Shown here piece after piece: positions 35,866-45,711 of a stretch of 64,000 nt of DNA (positions are counted from its first letter, which is position 1; every line of letters begins with the position of its first letter). This DNA comes from Candidatus Bathyarchaeota archaeon. Its GTDB lineage: Archaea > Thermoproteota > CALKCG01 > B24. A model generated the notes under the pieces. The model saw only the letters and a program-made list of their open reading frames with translations, was not told the DNA's origin and made no database searches. The position numbers and the translations under genes were made by a program. The DNA is taken from contig JAGTQM010000002.1 in the NCBI GenBank assembly GCA_018396755.1, forward strand, positions 91,609-155,608, given 5' to 3'.

Positions 35866-37094
35866 TGGAGACGTTGATGAACCCATATATGATTTTAGAT
35901 TTCATTAGACTTTCACTAAAGGCGTTAAGCGAAAGAAGGGCAAGGGCTCTTCTAACAACCGTCGGCATCTCCATAGGACCCTTAGTGTTGGTTATGATGA
36001 GCTCTGTCGTGGGAGGATATTCAGATTACATAGTTGAAAGAGTGACATCCCTCGGACAGAATGCGATAGCCATTTTTCCAAATGAAAATTACAAGATAAG
36101 CGATGAAGACTTACGATTTGTAAGGTCTATACCAGAGGTTGCGAGAGCTGAACCGTTCTATTCAACTCAAGGAACGCTTAAAAGAGGAACCGAAGAAATT
36201 AGGGTTTCGATTTTCGCCATAGACTATACGTTGCTTTTTGAAGCAATAGGAAGTTTAAAAATAAGTGAGGGGAAAATTCCATCTGAGACGGAGCTACTAT
36301 ATTCTATAGTTGGTAGAAAGATCGCATTCAAAGATAGCGGTGAACAGTATTTCACCTTGGATGATGTTTTAACAGTAGACGTCCCAAAGATAGATGGGGG
36401 GAAGATAACTGGTAAGAAGAGTTTAAACGTGATTTTAGGTGCAATCCTTGAAGAATACGGTGGAGCGTTAATAGTCGACCCGGATTCAACGATTTTTCTA
36501 AGCCCAGAAGCAGGTAGGCGATTGCTCGGTATGAGGGATTGGTCAGGGATATTTGTACTTGCCAAAGACCCATCGTTTGTTAAGGCGATTGTCTCAACTT
36601 TAAGAAGCAAGTATGAAGATAGGTTGCAGGTTATAGCATTTAGCGCAATAGCTGAAACAATATCTAGTATTACTGGTGCGATAAATTTCATAAACTTCTC
36701 AACTTCACTTTCTGCTTTCGCCGTTGCAGTAGCAGGCACTGCTGCAACCATGATAACAGCAGTTATGGAAAGAACCAGGGAAATAGGTGTGATGAAGGCT
36801 ATAGGCTATACGAATAGCCAAATCCTATTTATGATACTTTTAGAGTCAATAATGATGAGTTTAGTTGGAGGATTGGTCGGCATATCACTGGGAGCATTCG
36901 GTGCACATATATTATCTTCTAGGGGATTTAGCATAAGAGGAATGGGGCTAACGTTTGTAGTAAGTCCCAAAATAACGTCAAATCTAATCGTTCAGACGAT
37001 TCTACTGACGATTACAGTGGGTTTAGTTGGTGGAGCATTACCAGCATACAGGGCATCGAAAATCCCGCCCGTAGTAGCTTTAAGATACGAGTGA
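35865..37094 (+). CDS. ABC transporter permease, FtsX/MacB-type
   Basis: 409 aa. TM1, a large extracytoplasmic domain, then 3 TM. RTREIGVMKAIGY motif. GTG start overlaps the preceding stop (TAGTG). Confidence 0.85.
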   Translation: METLMNPYMILDFIRLSLKALSERRARALLTTVGISIGPLVLVMMSSVVGGYSDYIVERVTSLGQNAIAIFPNENYKISDEDLRFVRSIPEVARAEPFYSTQGTLKRGTEEIRVSIFAIDYTLLFEAIGSLKISEGKIPSETELLYSIVGRKIAFKDSGEQYFTLDDVLTVDVPKIDGGKITGKKSLNVILGAILEEYGGALIVDPDSTIFLSPEAGRRLLGMRDWSGIFVLAKDPSFVKAIVSTLRSKYEDRLQVIAFSAIAETISSITGAINFINFSTSLSAFAVAVAGTAATMITAVMERTREIGVMKAIGYTNSQILFMILLESIMMSLVGGLVGISLGAFGAHILSSRGFSIRGMGLTFVVSPKITSNLIVQTILLTITVGLVGGALPAYRASKIPPVVALRYE

Positions 37095-37188
37095 AACTCT
37101 GATAATTCTCACTTTAACTTAACTAGATACGGGAATTACATTCTAAGAAAAAGAGAAAAACCCAGTATTACTTCAAAATTTTCATACG

Positions 37189-38280
37189 TTAAATATAGCA
37201 TCTACCAATCCATTCTCTCTTCTTCTTTAAGTAGTAAAGGTATGTTTGGTATGAGACTTCTGGCGGACATCTGTGGTCTACCATGGGTATGTAGCCTCCC
37301 TCTTCAAGTATTGGTGTGAGTCTTTCAAGCTCTTTATCTATAGAATTGCCGCCAGCTATTAAAGCCATTTTATCTACACCTCCCATGAGTAGAACCCTAT
37401 GGCCATATTCATCTCTAAGCCTGTATATGTCTGTGCAGCGTGCTTCCAATGGAAACATACAATTTATCCCTCCTCTAAGCCACCCAGGGACTAGGCGGGT
37501 TATATCTCCATCGCAATCAACTATGTTAATTGTAACTCCATATTCTTTAAGTACATCCGTCACTTTCTTATATCTCGGAACCATAAATTCTTCAAAATGG
37601 CGGACGGATATCAATGGGCCTCTATTGTAGCACATATCTTCCCACCAAGTTGCAAAGTCTACCTTGACAGCTCGCAAAGCCTTTCTAATGACAGCTATCC
37701 ATAGATTGACTAAAGTATCCATCATTTCAGCAACCCAGTCTGGGTCCCTGTAAAAGGCTATGGATATTCCTTGAACCCCCATTAGGTTTCTAAGCCACCC
37801 ATATAGGCTACCAATACTTATTCCTAGGGGAGCTTCACGCTCTCTATATGAAGCTGCTATTTCATCCCAGTTTAGCGGGAAGCGCCCCGGCGTATTTGGG
37901 TCAAAGAAGGGCTTCAGCTTCTCCCAATCATCCCTAGTTTTCAAAGGATATTTAATATAATGCGGCGGAGAAGACGTACTTTTAGTGGCTAAGTATACAC
38001 CGCCCATTCCATCGTCAACCAGAACTCTGTCCTTTTCCTCCTTAATTATCCTGCTCGGTAGAGGAGGCCATAATCCTGTCACCACTGGTAGCATATCTAT
38101 GTAATCCCATCCTTCAAGCCCAAGATATAACTCCACATCTCTATTGGTTTTCACTTCAAGTGGAAGACCCTCTCTATGCCATCTATCGATCGTTTCATTC
38201 CAATACCCGAACTCGTAATCTGGAACTCTATCGACCTCTTTAAACTGGAAAACCTTATGGAAACGCTCTAAGTGGTTCAA
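37189..38280 (-). CDS. Uroporphyrinogen-decarboxylase (URO-D)-like family protein
   Basis: 363 aa. N-terminal F..KEVDRVP and the overall TIM-barrel URO-D/MtaA-like pattern (W.EDMCY..GPLIS...F.EF..P). Confidence 0.65.
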   Translation of the reverse strand: MNHLERFHKVFQFKEVDRVPDYEFGYWNETIDRWHREGLPLEVKTNRDVELYLGLEGWDYIDMLPVVTGLWPPLPSRIIKEEKDRVLVDDGMGGVYLATKSTSSPPHYIKYPLKTRDDWEKLKPFFDPNTPGRFPLNWDEIAASYREREAPLGISIGSLYGWLRNLMGVQGISIAFYRDPDWVAEMMDTLVNLWIAVIRKALRAVKVDFATWWEDMCYNRGPLISVRHFEEFMVPRYKKVTDVLKEYGVTINIVDCDGDITRLVPGWLRGGINCMFPLEARCTDIYRLRDEYGHRVLLMGGVDKMALIAGGNSIDKELERLTPILEEGGYIPMVDHRCPPEVSYQTYLYYLKKKREWIGRCYI

Positions 38281-38413
38281 GAATCACACCACTATTATCA
38301 GTGTGAGAAAAACTAATAAAATCTACTCTAAGTCTTAAAAAGAGTATGTGCTGAAAATAGAATGTTATGTATATAGGTAGAAAACTTTAAATAATAGATG
38401 TGCTCAACTCTCA

Positions 38414-40759
38414 TTGAACACCATGATAAGGACGCAAGGCGCGTCGCGAATCGCCATTATACTCTTAACAACCATTGCACTTTTACAGTTCCAACAGATC
38501 TTCACCAAAGCTCAATGCGTACAACATTATACGGTTTACGGTATAGTTGTAGATGAGAGTGGAGTAAAGCTGGGTGATGTTTTAGTCCAAGCTTATAGTT
38601 TAAGTGGAGCATTCATTGACCGGGGCTACACAGATTCAGATGGATATTTTGCGTTAATGTTAGAAAGCGGTCAGCAGTATAAGCTCTGTTTTTCAAAAGC
38701 AGGTTATGTTAGGGTTGAAAAAACCATTACTGTCTTAAGCAACATGAATGTGAGCACCATCACTCTATCCAGAGCCTTAAAGATATACAGTCCGGCTTTA
38801 AGGTTAGCGGTAGGTTTAGGCAGTAAAATCACCATCCCATTTACGATAAGCAATGAAGGAGATTCTGCTGAAATAGTGGAATTTATCGTGTATAAACTGA
38901 GCGGCTGGTCTGCGAGGATTTTAGACCAGAACAACCACGAGATCACGGAGATTTATCTACCGTCTTCGAGTAAGCAGAACCTTCAGCTGGAGCTATACAT
39001 TCCCTCAACGGCATCCGTAGATACTGAGTATGACATAGCATTAGCAGCTATCGGAACGTTAAAACACTATTTAACAATGACTATATACGTCAAGCCAGCT
39101 GTTATAATCTCAGGCAGACTGATGGATGAAATGGGCAACGCTGTGGAAAACGCAACAGTAGACGTATATTCTTCTGATGGATCTCTCGTTAAAAGCATGA
39201 CTAGTGGAGCGAATGGCTATTTTACAATTGGATTGGGTTCCTCTAACAGTTACATACTTTACTTTTCAAAACCAGGCTATGTTAAAACCACTAGAAACAT
39301 TGTGCTGGGAGATGAAAACATAGACCTAGGCGAAATAGTGCTACAAAGGAAAGTACAATTGTACAGTTCTATTCTAGAATTGACGGCTGAATCTGCTAGA
39401 AAACTGTTCATCCCATTTGCAGTTAAGAACTGTGGAGAAGATTATGAAACGGTGGAACTTTCAATAATAAACCCTAGAGGCTGGATTGCACGCACCTTAA
39501 CCCAGAACAACAGAGAAGCTTCAAAGTTTATACTGTCACCTAAGGAAAGTTTAAATCTCCAACTTGAAGTCACAGTACCGTCTACTGCCTCTATTGGAGA
39601 TTATACGCTTAGACTAATCGCCACCGGCTCGATAAATTCATCGTTAGAGTTCAGAGTTAAAATACAACCCCTAAGTGAAAACATAATATTCTGCCAGTTT
39701 CCAGGTAAAACGGTCACACCTGGAAACACTGCTAAATTTCAAGTTAAGATTAAGAATCCTACAGATGTAGAACAGAGGTTTAGCATTTCCATTAACCCAC
39801 GGCCATTAGGCTGGGGGGTATCCGTTAAAAGTAGCAGCGGTGAAGCCGTATCGGATATAGTGTTAGATGGAGGGGGCTCCGCTGATTTAATTGTCGAAAT
39901 ATCAACATCTTCAAGCGTAAATGACGGAGAGTACAACTTTACATTCACAGCTAAATCTCCAAGCGTATCCGGAGAACTGCTTATACGCTTAATAGTGGAA
40001 AGACCAAAACCATGCGTCGATTTGACGGCGGTGCCACCCTATCTTGACGTATATGCAGGATCTAGTGGCCGATTTAAGATTATAGCGTCGAATACGGGAG
40101 GATATGATCAACTACTGAATCTTACTGTTGAAGAAATACCTGATGGTTTAAAAGTTTGGTTTGAGGATGTAAATAAACAGGAGATTACGAGGATGTATGT
40201 TGAAGCTGGTAGTTCGAGGGAATTCTACGTAGTTGTTTCCGTGCCTAAAGAGTATAGGTTAGGCCTGTACAGTTTTACGGTTTCAGTAGCTGATCTGAAC
40301 GTGAGAAGTGTAACAGATTTAACTTTAAATGTATTAGGGTTATATCGGCTTACTGTAACCACTACAAACTTTTACACTTCTTTAAGTGTTGGAGGAGAAA
40401 CGACGTTTGATTTCACTGTTAAGAACACTGGTACTCAAGAAATTACAAATGTTAGAGCAATTGCCGTAACTGGAAGTATACCTGATGGATTCACGGTTGA
40501 CGTTACACCCAGCCATGTCTCTTCCTTAAAGGCAGATGAAGAATTCATATTCGCCACAACGATTAAAACGGAGGCGGATGTTAACGCAGGTAACTATTAC
40601 ATTGATTTTAACGTTTTATCTGATCAAGCTGAATCTAAAACATTTACATTGAGAGTTGAAGTTTTCCACGAAACGAGTTGGATCATCTACGGAGGAGTCC
40701 TTATCATGGTTGCCATAATTGGTTTAATCATGGTATATAGGAAGATTGGAAGGAGGTGA
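38414..40759 (+). CDS. Large surface protein: 2x (CarboxypepD_reg-like + NEW3/COG1470-like beta-sandwich), further beta-sandwich domains, C-terminal TM anchor
   Basis: 781 aa. Signal/anchor RIAIILLTTIALL. Motifs G.V.DE.G..L..V.V.AYS..G......TDSDGYF...L..G.Y.L.FSK.GY. C-terminal helix WIIYGGVLIMVAIIGLIMVY followed by RKIGRR. Confidence 0.7.
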   Translation: MNTMIRTQGASRIAIILLTTIALLQFQQIFTKAQCVQHYTVYGIVVDESGVKLGDVLVQAYSLSGAFIDRGYTDSDGYFALMLESGQQYKLCFSKAGYVRVEKTITVLSNMNVSTITLSRALKIYSPALRLAVGLGSKITIPFTISNEGDSAEIVEFIVYKLSGWSARILDQNNHEITEIYLPSSSKQNLQLELYIPSTASVDTEYDIALAAIGTLKHYLTMTIYVKPAVIISGRLMDEMGNAVENATVDVYSSDGSLVKSMTSGANGYFTIGLGSSNSYILYFSKPGYVKTTRNIVLGDENIDLGEIVLQRKVQLYSSILELTAESARKLFIPFAVKNCGEDYETVELSIINPRGWIARTLTQNNREASKFILSPKESLNLQLEVTVPSTASIGDYTLRLIATGSINSSLEFRVKIQPLSENIIFCQFPGKTVTPGNTAKFQVKIKNPTDVEQRFSISINPRPLGWGVSVKSSSGEAVSDIVLDGGGSADLIVEISTSSSVNDGEYNFTFTAKSPSVSGELLIRLIVERPKPCVDLTAVPPYLDVYAGSSGRFKIIASNTGGYDQLLNLTVEEIPDGLKVWFEDVNKQEITRMYVEAGSSREFYVVVSVPKEYRLGLYSFTVSVADLNVRSVTDLTLNVLGLYRLTVTTTNFYTSLSVGGETTFDFTVKNTGTQEITNVRAIAVTGSIPDGFTVDVTPSHVSSLKADEEFIFATTIKTEADVNAGNYYIDFNVLSDQAESKTFTLRVEVFHETSWIIYGGVLIMVAIIGLIMVYRKIGRR

Positions 40760-40766
40760 AAAACGT

Positions 40767-41726
40767 TTGAGTTATGCGATTGAAACGTACGATTTGACGA
40801 AAATCTACAAATCCGAGGAGAAGACCGTGGTGGCTGTAGACAGTTTAAACCTAAATGTCGAAAAGGGTTTAGTCTTCGGATTGCTTGGACCTAATGGTGC
40901 TGGAAAAACAACGCTAATTATGATGTTAACTGGGTTGACTCTTCCGACGAGCGGCTCAGGTAAAGTCCTTGGATACGACATAGTGAAAGAGTCCTTACAA
41001 ATAAGGAGGAAAGTTGGACTACTACCAGACCCATTCGGCTTCTACGACCACCTTACAGCTGAGCAAAACCTCGAGTATATAGCAGCGTTAAACGACATAT
41101 CTAAAGCTGAAAGAAAGAAACGCGTTAAAGAGGTATTGACGGCTGTGGGATTGTATGAGGTTAAGGATAGGAAAGTTGGAGGTTTCTCTAGAGGGATGAA
41201 GCAGAGACTTGGTATAGCTCAAGCCCTCATTAAAGACCCTGAACTCTTGATATTTGATGAACCTACTGCTGGATTAGACCCAGAGGGAGCTAGAGCTTTC
41301 AGGGAACAGGTCGGCAGACTCAGTAAAGAGGGGAAGACTATAATGCTTAGTACGCATCTACTCTTTGAAGTTGGACCTCTCTGCAACTACATAGCTATAA
41401 TAGATCGAGGTAAATTGATAGTTCAGGGAAGAGTCAGAGAACTCGTAGAGAAGATGATGGTTGAAGAAGGCTATAGGATTCGTGTTAAAGCTACAGGAGA
41501 CGTGCAAACGCTAATTACAAATATAGCACAGCTCAATGAAGTGAGTGAAGTTAAACGTGAAGGCGATACCATACTCATAAAGGCGAATAGAGATGTAAGG
41601 TCTGATGTGAATAAGATCGCATTAAGCCTTGGATTAGAGGTCTTAAGTCTTCAAATAGAAGAGCCAACGTTGGAGGACTTGTTTATGAAATACTATAGGA
41701 GGGGGGAGGTGGCAGAACATGCCTAG
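40767..41726 (+). CDS. ABC-2-type transporter ATP-binding protein
   Basis: GPNGAGKTT, FSRGMKQRLGIAQAL and LIFDEPTAGLDP motifs. Start placed at TTG 40767, 7 nt after GGAGGTGA, which contains the preceding stop. Confidence 0.9.
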   Translation: MSYAIETYDLTKIYKSEEKTVVAVDSLNLNVEKGLVFGLLGPNGAGKTTLIMMLTGLTLPTSGSGKVLGYDIVKESLQIRRKVGLLPDPFGFYDHLTAEQNLEYIAALNDISKAERKKRVKEVLTAVGLYEVKDRKVGGFSRGMKQRLGIAQALIKDPELLIFDEPTAGLDPEGARAFREQVGRLSKEGKTIMLSTHLLFEVGPLCNYIAIIDRGKLIVQGRVRELVEKMMVEEGYRIRVKATGDVQTLITNIAQLNEVSEVKREGDTILIKANRDVRSDVNKIALSLGLEVLSLQIEEPTLEDLFMKYYRRGEVAEHA

Positions 41727-42666
41727 TATGTTTACAGTAGCGTTAAAAGAGTTTTCCGACATCATGAAGGGAAAGCGGTTCATAGTGCTAGTGATAGTCT
41801 TCGGTTTACTTCTTACAGTAGCCATTGCATCAGTCTATCTTACGGTAATGCAAAACATTAACATACCTGGAATTGCTATGCCTCGTGGCTTCTTGGGTAG
41901 AGCAGCGTATACACTAATTGCAATGATGTCGTATTTTGCACCAATAATAGGTTTAGCACTCGGTTTTGATGCTATATCGGGTGAAAAGGAGAAAGGTACA
42001 TTGAAGATCGTCCTTGCTCAACCTGTATATAGAGATATCGTTGTAAACGGGAAATTTCTTGCAGCCCTTCTAGCAACTTCCCTAGCAATACTCGTAGCAT
42101 CTATTGCGAACATAGGAGGAGCCGTATTTATTCTAGGTGTTACACCTACGGGTGAAGAGGTGGCTAGACTAGTCTTATTCATAGTGTTCTCTATACTCTT
42201 CGCCATGACATACTACAGCATAGCAGTATTACTATCAACTATTTCGAAGAGGACTACGCAAAGTATGATTATTGGAGTCGTATTATGGGCGATATTCACA
42301 TTCGTCATACCTATAATAGCTTCCTTAGTTGCCTTCACAGTTAGACCGATCCGCATTGGTCAAAACATACAAAATATGACCAGAGAAGAGATGCAACAAC
42401 TGATGGAAGAGATGAGGAGCCGTACAGTTATAACGGAGGCTATAAATAGTTTTACGCCAAACTACCACTTCGGCAGAATCGCACAGTACATTTTAAATGT
42501 TTACACTGGAATGGCCATTGGACCTAGAAATTCCACAGAGGTTAGGAGCATTTCCATAATGGAGGGTTTAACCTCAGCGTGGCCCAACATTCTAGTATTA
42601 GTGCTGGTTACAGCTATCGCATTCATCGCATCATACATGATATTTATGCGGCAGGAAATCCGTTAA
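41719..42666 (+). CDS. ABC-2-type transporter permease
   Basis: 315 aa with 6 hydrophobic helices. Overlaps the ATPase gene by 8 nt. Confidence 0.7.
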   Translation: MPSMFTVALKEFSDIMKGKRFIVLVIVFGLLLTVAIASVYLTVMQNINIPGIAMPRGFLGRAAYTLIAMMSYFAPIIGLALGFDAISGEKEKGTLKIVLAQPVYRDIVVNGKFLAALLATSLAILVASIANIGGAVFILGVTPTGEEVARLVLFIVFSILFAMTYYSIAVLLSTISKRTTQSMIIGVVLWAIFTFVIPIIASLVAFTVRPIRIGQNIQNMTREEMQQLMEEMRSRTVITEAINSFTPNYHFGRIAQYILNVYTGMAIGPRNSTEVRSISIMEGLTSAWPNILVLVLVTAIAFIASYMIFMRQEIR

Positions 42667-42693
42667 AAAACAGTTGTTAAACCCTCTACTTTT

Positions 42694-42722
42694 TAGACTA
42701 AAAAGTGGCTCTTTTTAGTCTA
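42694..42722 (+). terminator. Strong hairpin after the ABC-2 operon (12-bp stem, 5-nt loop), part of a CTTTTTAG/CTAAAAAG/CTTTTTAG triple
   Basis: TAGACTAAAAAG-TGGCT-CTTTTTAGTCTA, 28 nt after the stop. T-runs lie inside the stem. An alternative pairing is possible with CTTTTTAG at 42689-42696. Confidence 0.4.
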
Positions 42723-43137
42723 CCATACTAATCGGCATTAAACTGGATTTACTTTCATCTATTCTAACAGTGGCAAATGTTAAGGTTGATGATACCAGTA
42801 TATGTGTTTCTGAATCTAGGCTATCTTAAATCCGCCCCCTCTAGATTTTACCATTATATTTCTATGGAGATTTTTCCATATCTATGCCTTTAAAAACATG
42901 GAAAATTTGCCGAATTTATTCATGAAACAGTAGTTTTCCAGCGATGCAACTACTTCCGTCATGCCTAAGAGAGCCTTAGTATTCTAAGATTTCCCGCACT
43001 TTACTTAATCGAATACTCCGTTTCTCATCCGTACTGCAATAGAATCCTTTAAACCCCTAGGATTAAGTTTATTCGAGTGGATCGATTAAAATATTTCTTA
43101 GTAAATTTCAATGTGAGTAATTGAAAACCGTTAGAGG

Positions 43138-44220
43138 TTGACTTTCATGACTGAACGCGTGAGATTTGGATATGTGGGTTGCGGCTTTATGGCTCAGAAG
43201 GTACATATTCCAAATTTCAGAAGCATATCTGAATGTGAGTTTTTAGCTATAGCGGAAGTCAGGGAGAGATTGGGGAGGAAGGTTCAAGCAAAGTATGGAA
43301 TTCCACGTTTCTATGGAAGCCACTTAGAACTGGCTGACGACCCAGATATAGATGCTGTAGGTGTTTCGGCACCTTTTGCACTACAGGGGGAGATTGCACG
43401 GGATTTACTGAGCGCTGGGAAACATGTTTTTATGGAAAAGCCTATGGCAGTCTCCATTGAACAGGCTGAGAGAATATTGGCAGCAAGCAAGGCGAAGAGA
43501 AGTCGACTTATGGTTGCTTACATGAAGCGTTATGATGCTGGAAATGAGCTGGTTAAAAACCTCATATCGAATTATAGGAAGAACAGTGAGCTTGGAAGAA
43601 TAATCTTAGCGCGTAATCACGGTTTCTGCGGCGAATGGGTGTGCAACATAGATACACCTATGGAGGTGACTGATGAGAAGCCGCCCGAACCGCCGATTGT
43701 AAAGCCTAAGTGGTTGCCGAATGAGTATTTAAGCTCGTATATAGGTTATTTACAGCAGTATACGCATAATGTTAATTTATTAAGGTGGTTTCTTGACGCA
43801 GGCGATAGAGTGGCTGTGAAATATGTAGATTTTGATGAAGATGGAATGACCGGTATAGTGATCTTCGATATGAATGGTGTAAGAGCCACCATTGAGTCTG
43901 GACAGATATCACACTACCGTTGGGATGAGGTAACAGAGGTATACTTTCAACATGGATGGATAAAGGCTTGGGCACCTCCACTACTGCTGAAAAATGTTCC
44001 AGCTGAGTTGGAAGTGTATAAAGCTGGTGGGGTTCAAGAGTTTATACGTCCCATACCTAAGCCTATGTGGACGTGGTCTTACAAGCGGGAGGCGGAGCAC
44101 TTCATACATTGTATATTAAGTGGAAAGCCATTCTGTTCATCGGGGGAGGATACTCTAACAGATGTTAGAGTACTGGAAGACGTTTACCGTTTATACTTAA
44201 AGGATAAGGGAATACTTTAG
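43138..44220 (+). CDS. Gfo/Idh/MocA-family NAD(P)-dependent oxidoreductase
   Basis: N-terminal Rossmann motif RFGYVGCGFMAQ..H, then the EKP motif (VFMEKPMA); 360 aa. An alternative ATG start is at 43147. Confidence 0.8.
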   Translation: MTFMTERVRFGYVGCGFMAQKVHIPNFRSISECEFLAIAEVRERLGRKVQAKYGIPRFYGSHLELADDPDIDAVGVSAPFALQGEIARDLLSAGKHVFMEKPMAVSIEQAERILAASKAKRSRLMVAYMKRYDAGNELVKNLISNYRKNSELGRIILARNHGFCGEWVCNIDTPMEVTDEKPPEPPIVKPKWLPNEYLSSYIGYLQQYTHNVNLLRWFLDAGDRVAVKYVDFDEDGMTGIVIFDMNGVRATIESGQISHYRWDEVTEVYFQHGWIKAWAPPLLLKNVPAELEVYKAGGVQEFIRPIPKPMWTWSYKREAEHFIHCILSGKPFCSSGEDTLTDVRVLEDVYRLYLKDKGIL

Positions 44221-44437
44221 GAAAAACTCTATCCATCACTGTATTTCTTTGATACATGGATAATTTTATTCAGCAACATTGTAAGTTAGTTACACTTCAA
44301 TGTTGAGAATTTCATAGTCTCTCCATGAAGAGTAGAATTTGAGGCCTTAAAAATGGACGTTTCAAGATTTCAGCAAGAAAACTCTCGAAAACCTTAAAAG
44401 TATAAATTTAGATTTTGCATTTAAAAGTGAACATGAA

Positions 44438-44941
44438 TTGGGGACAAGCTTCACTCTTAGAAATTTTAAACCTCAAGATTTAGATGCGGTTATGCATATA
44501 AATTTGACGTGTCTACCTGAAAACTATACGCCTTCATTCTACATGAACCATTATGAAAGCTTCCCTAAAGCTTTCTACGTCGCTGAAGTTGATAGTAAGA
44601 TTATAGGCTATGTAATGTCTAGAGTTGAAAGGGGACTATCCAACCATAAACCAATAAGCGTAGTTAAGAAGGGACATATAATCTCTATAGCAGTTTTACC
44701 AGACTACAGACGTAAAGGTGTTGGAAAATCGCTTATGATCAATTCTTTGAAAGGACTTAAAGATTATGGTGCTGAAGAATGCTACCTTGAAGTCCGCATT
44801 TCAAACACACCAGCTATAAACCTATATAAAAGCTTAGACTTTGAAATCATCCGCATCATTAGAGGGTATTATCTAAACGGTGAAGACGCCTACCTTATGA
44901 GTAGAAGATTGGATTTTTTACCAGAAGATTGTACTTTTTGA
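44438..44941 (+). CDS. N-alpha-acetyltransferase, Ard1/NatA-catalytic-like (GNAT)
   Basis: 167 aa. Closely colinear with my recollection of Sulfolobus Ard1 (LPENY....F...........FYVAE.D..I.GYVM.R.E.G.SN.......KKGH.ISIAVL..YRRKG......SL........ECYLEVR.SN.PAI.LY..L.F......GYY..GEDAYLM). Confidence 0.8.
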   Translation: MGTSFTLRNFKPQDLDAVMHINLTCLPENYTPSFYMNHYESFPKAFYVAEVDSKIIGYVMSRVERGLSNHKPISVVKKGHIISIAVLPDYRRKGVGKSLMINSLKGLKDYGAEECYLEVRISNTPAINLYKSLDFEIIRIIRGYYLNGEDAYLMSRRLDFLPEDCTF

Positions 44942-44945
44942 CAGC

Positions 44946-45711
44946 TCATTTTCTTTTTCTGAAGTATGCGAACCCATCATGGGTGAAGACGTATTCAAAG
45001 CCTGCCTCCAACAGTTTTACTATCTCCCCTTTTGCTTGTGCAACTCTAACGTGGAATTCATCGCTCTGCTGCTGGTAAAGTGCTTTTCCAATGGTTACGT
45101 AGATCATGGTGTTTTGAACGTTCTTATGTCCAAGCACTTCCTTGACGTGTAGTATGTCCTTGGTTTCTATGGTACTCTGTGGTTCCCTTCCAATGTCTGA
45201 ATATGTGAAAGGTTATATTCTTAAGTCTTGGATTTCCCAGCTTTACAGCTAGTCTATTCCTCTGGTTGATGAAGGATTTCTTCCACGACCCTTTTTTAGC
45301 TGGAAAGATCTTCTCGTTCTCCCTTGGAAGAATGTTCAACATTTCAATGAGCTTCAAGCTTATCGGCAGTATTCTAGGCCTACTCCCCTTCTCAGGAGTT
45401 ATTTTAACAAGCCTCCTCTCAAAATCCACATCCGTCCATTTCAACTTTAAGGCTTTACCGAGCCTAGCGCCTGTCTCCTTGAGAAGCTGTAGAAGCGTTG
45501 AAGTTTTCCTCCCACATCCAGCTATCAATTGGTCAAGCTCCTCTTCAGTAGGGATGAACGGCATCTTCTCCTTAACCTTAAATTTAGGCATCTCCCAGCT
45601 CCCTTTAACGAATTTCAAGAAGGCGTCGTAGGCTTTAACATAAGTCTTGATCTGAAATTGAAGCTGCAACACGTGCTGTTTTAAAGAAGTATGGCTGGGG
45701 GATAAAGACAA
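44946..45711 (-). pseudogene. Tyrosine recombinase/integrase, frameshifted and N-terminally short
   Basis: Two ORFs (45124..45711 and 44946..45137) join into one catalytic domain: R (ETGARLGKAL), FHIFRHWKGTTEYHR, then after a +1 slip TKDILHVKEVLGHKNVQNTMIYV (H..R, LGH, catalytic Y). The frameshift maps to the T-run at 45164-45166 (AAA on the coding strand; AGAAACC would read AGAACC if intact). Confidence 0.75.

Noticed and set aside
42787-42813. TGATGA followed 17 nt later by CTGA (box C/D-like)
   Set aside because: It is too short for a complete C/D sRNA, with no second box pair and no complementary flanks.
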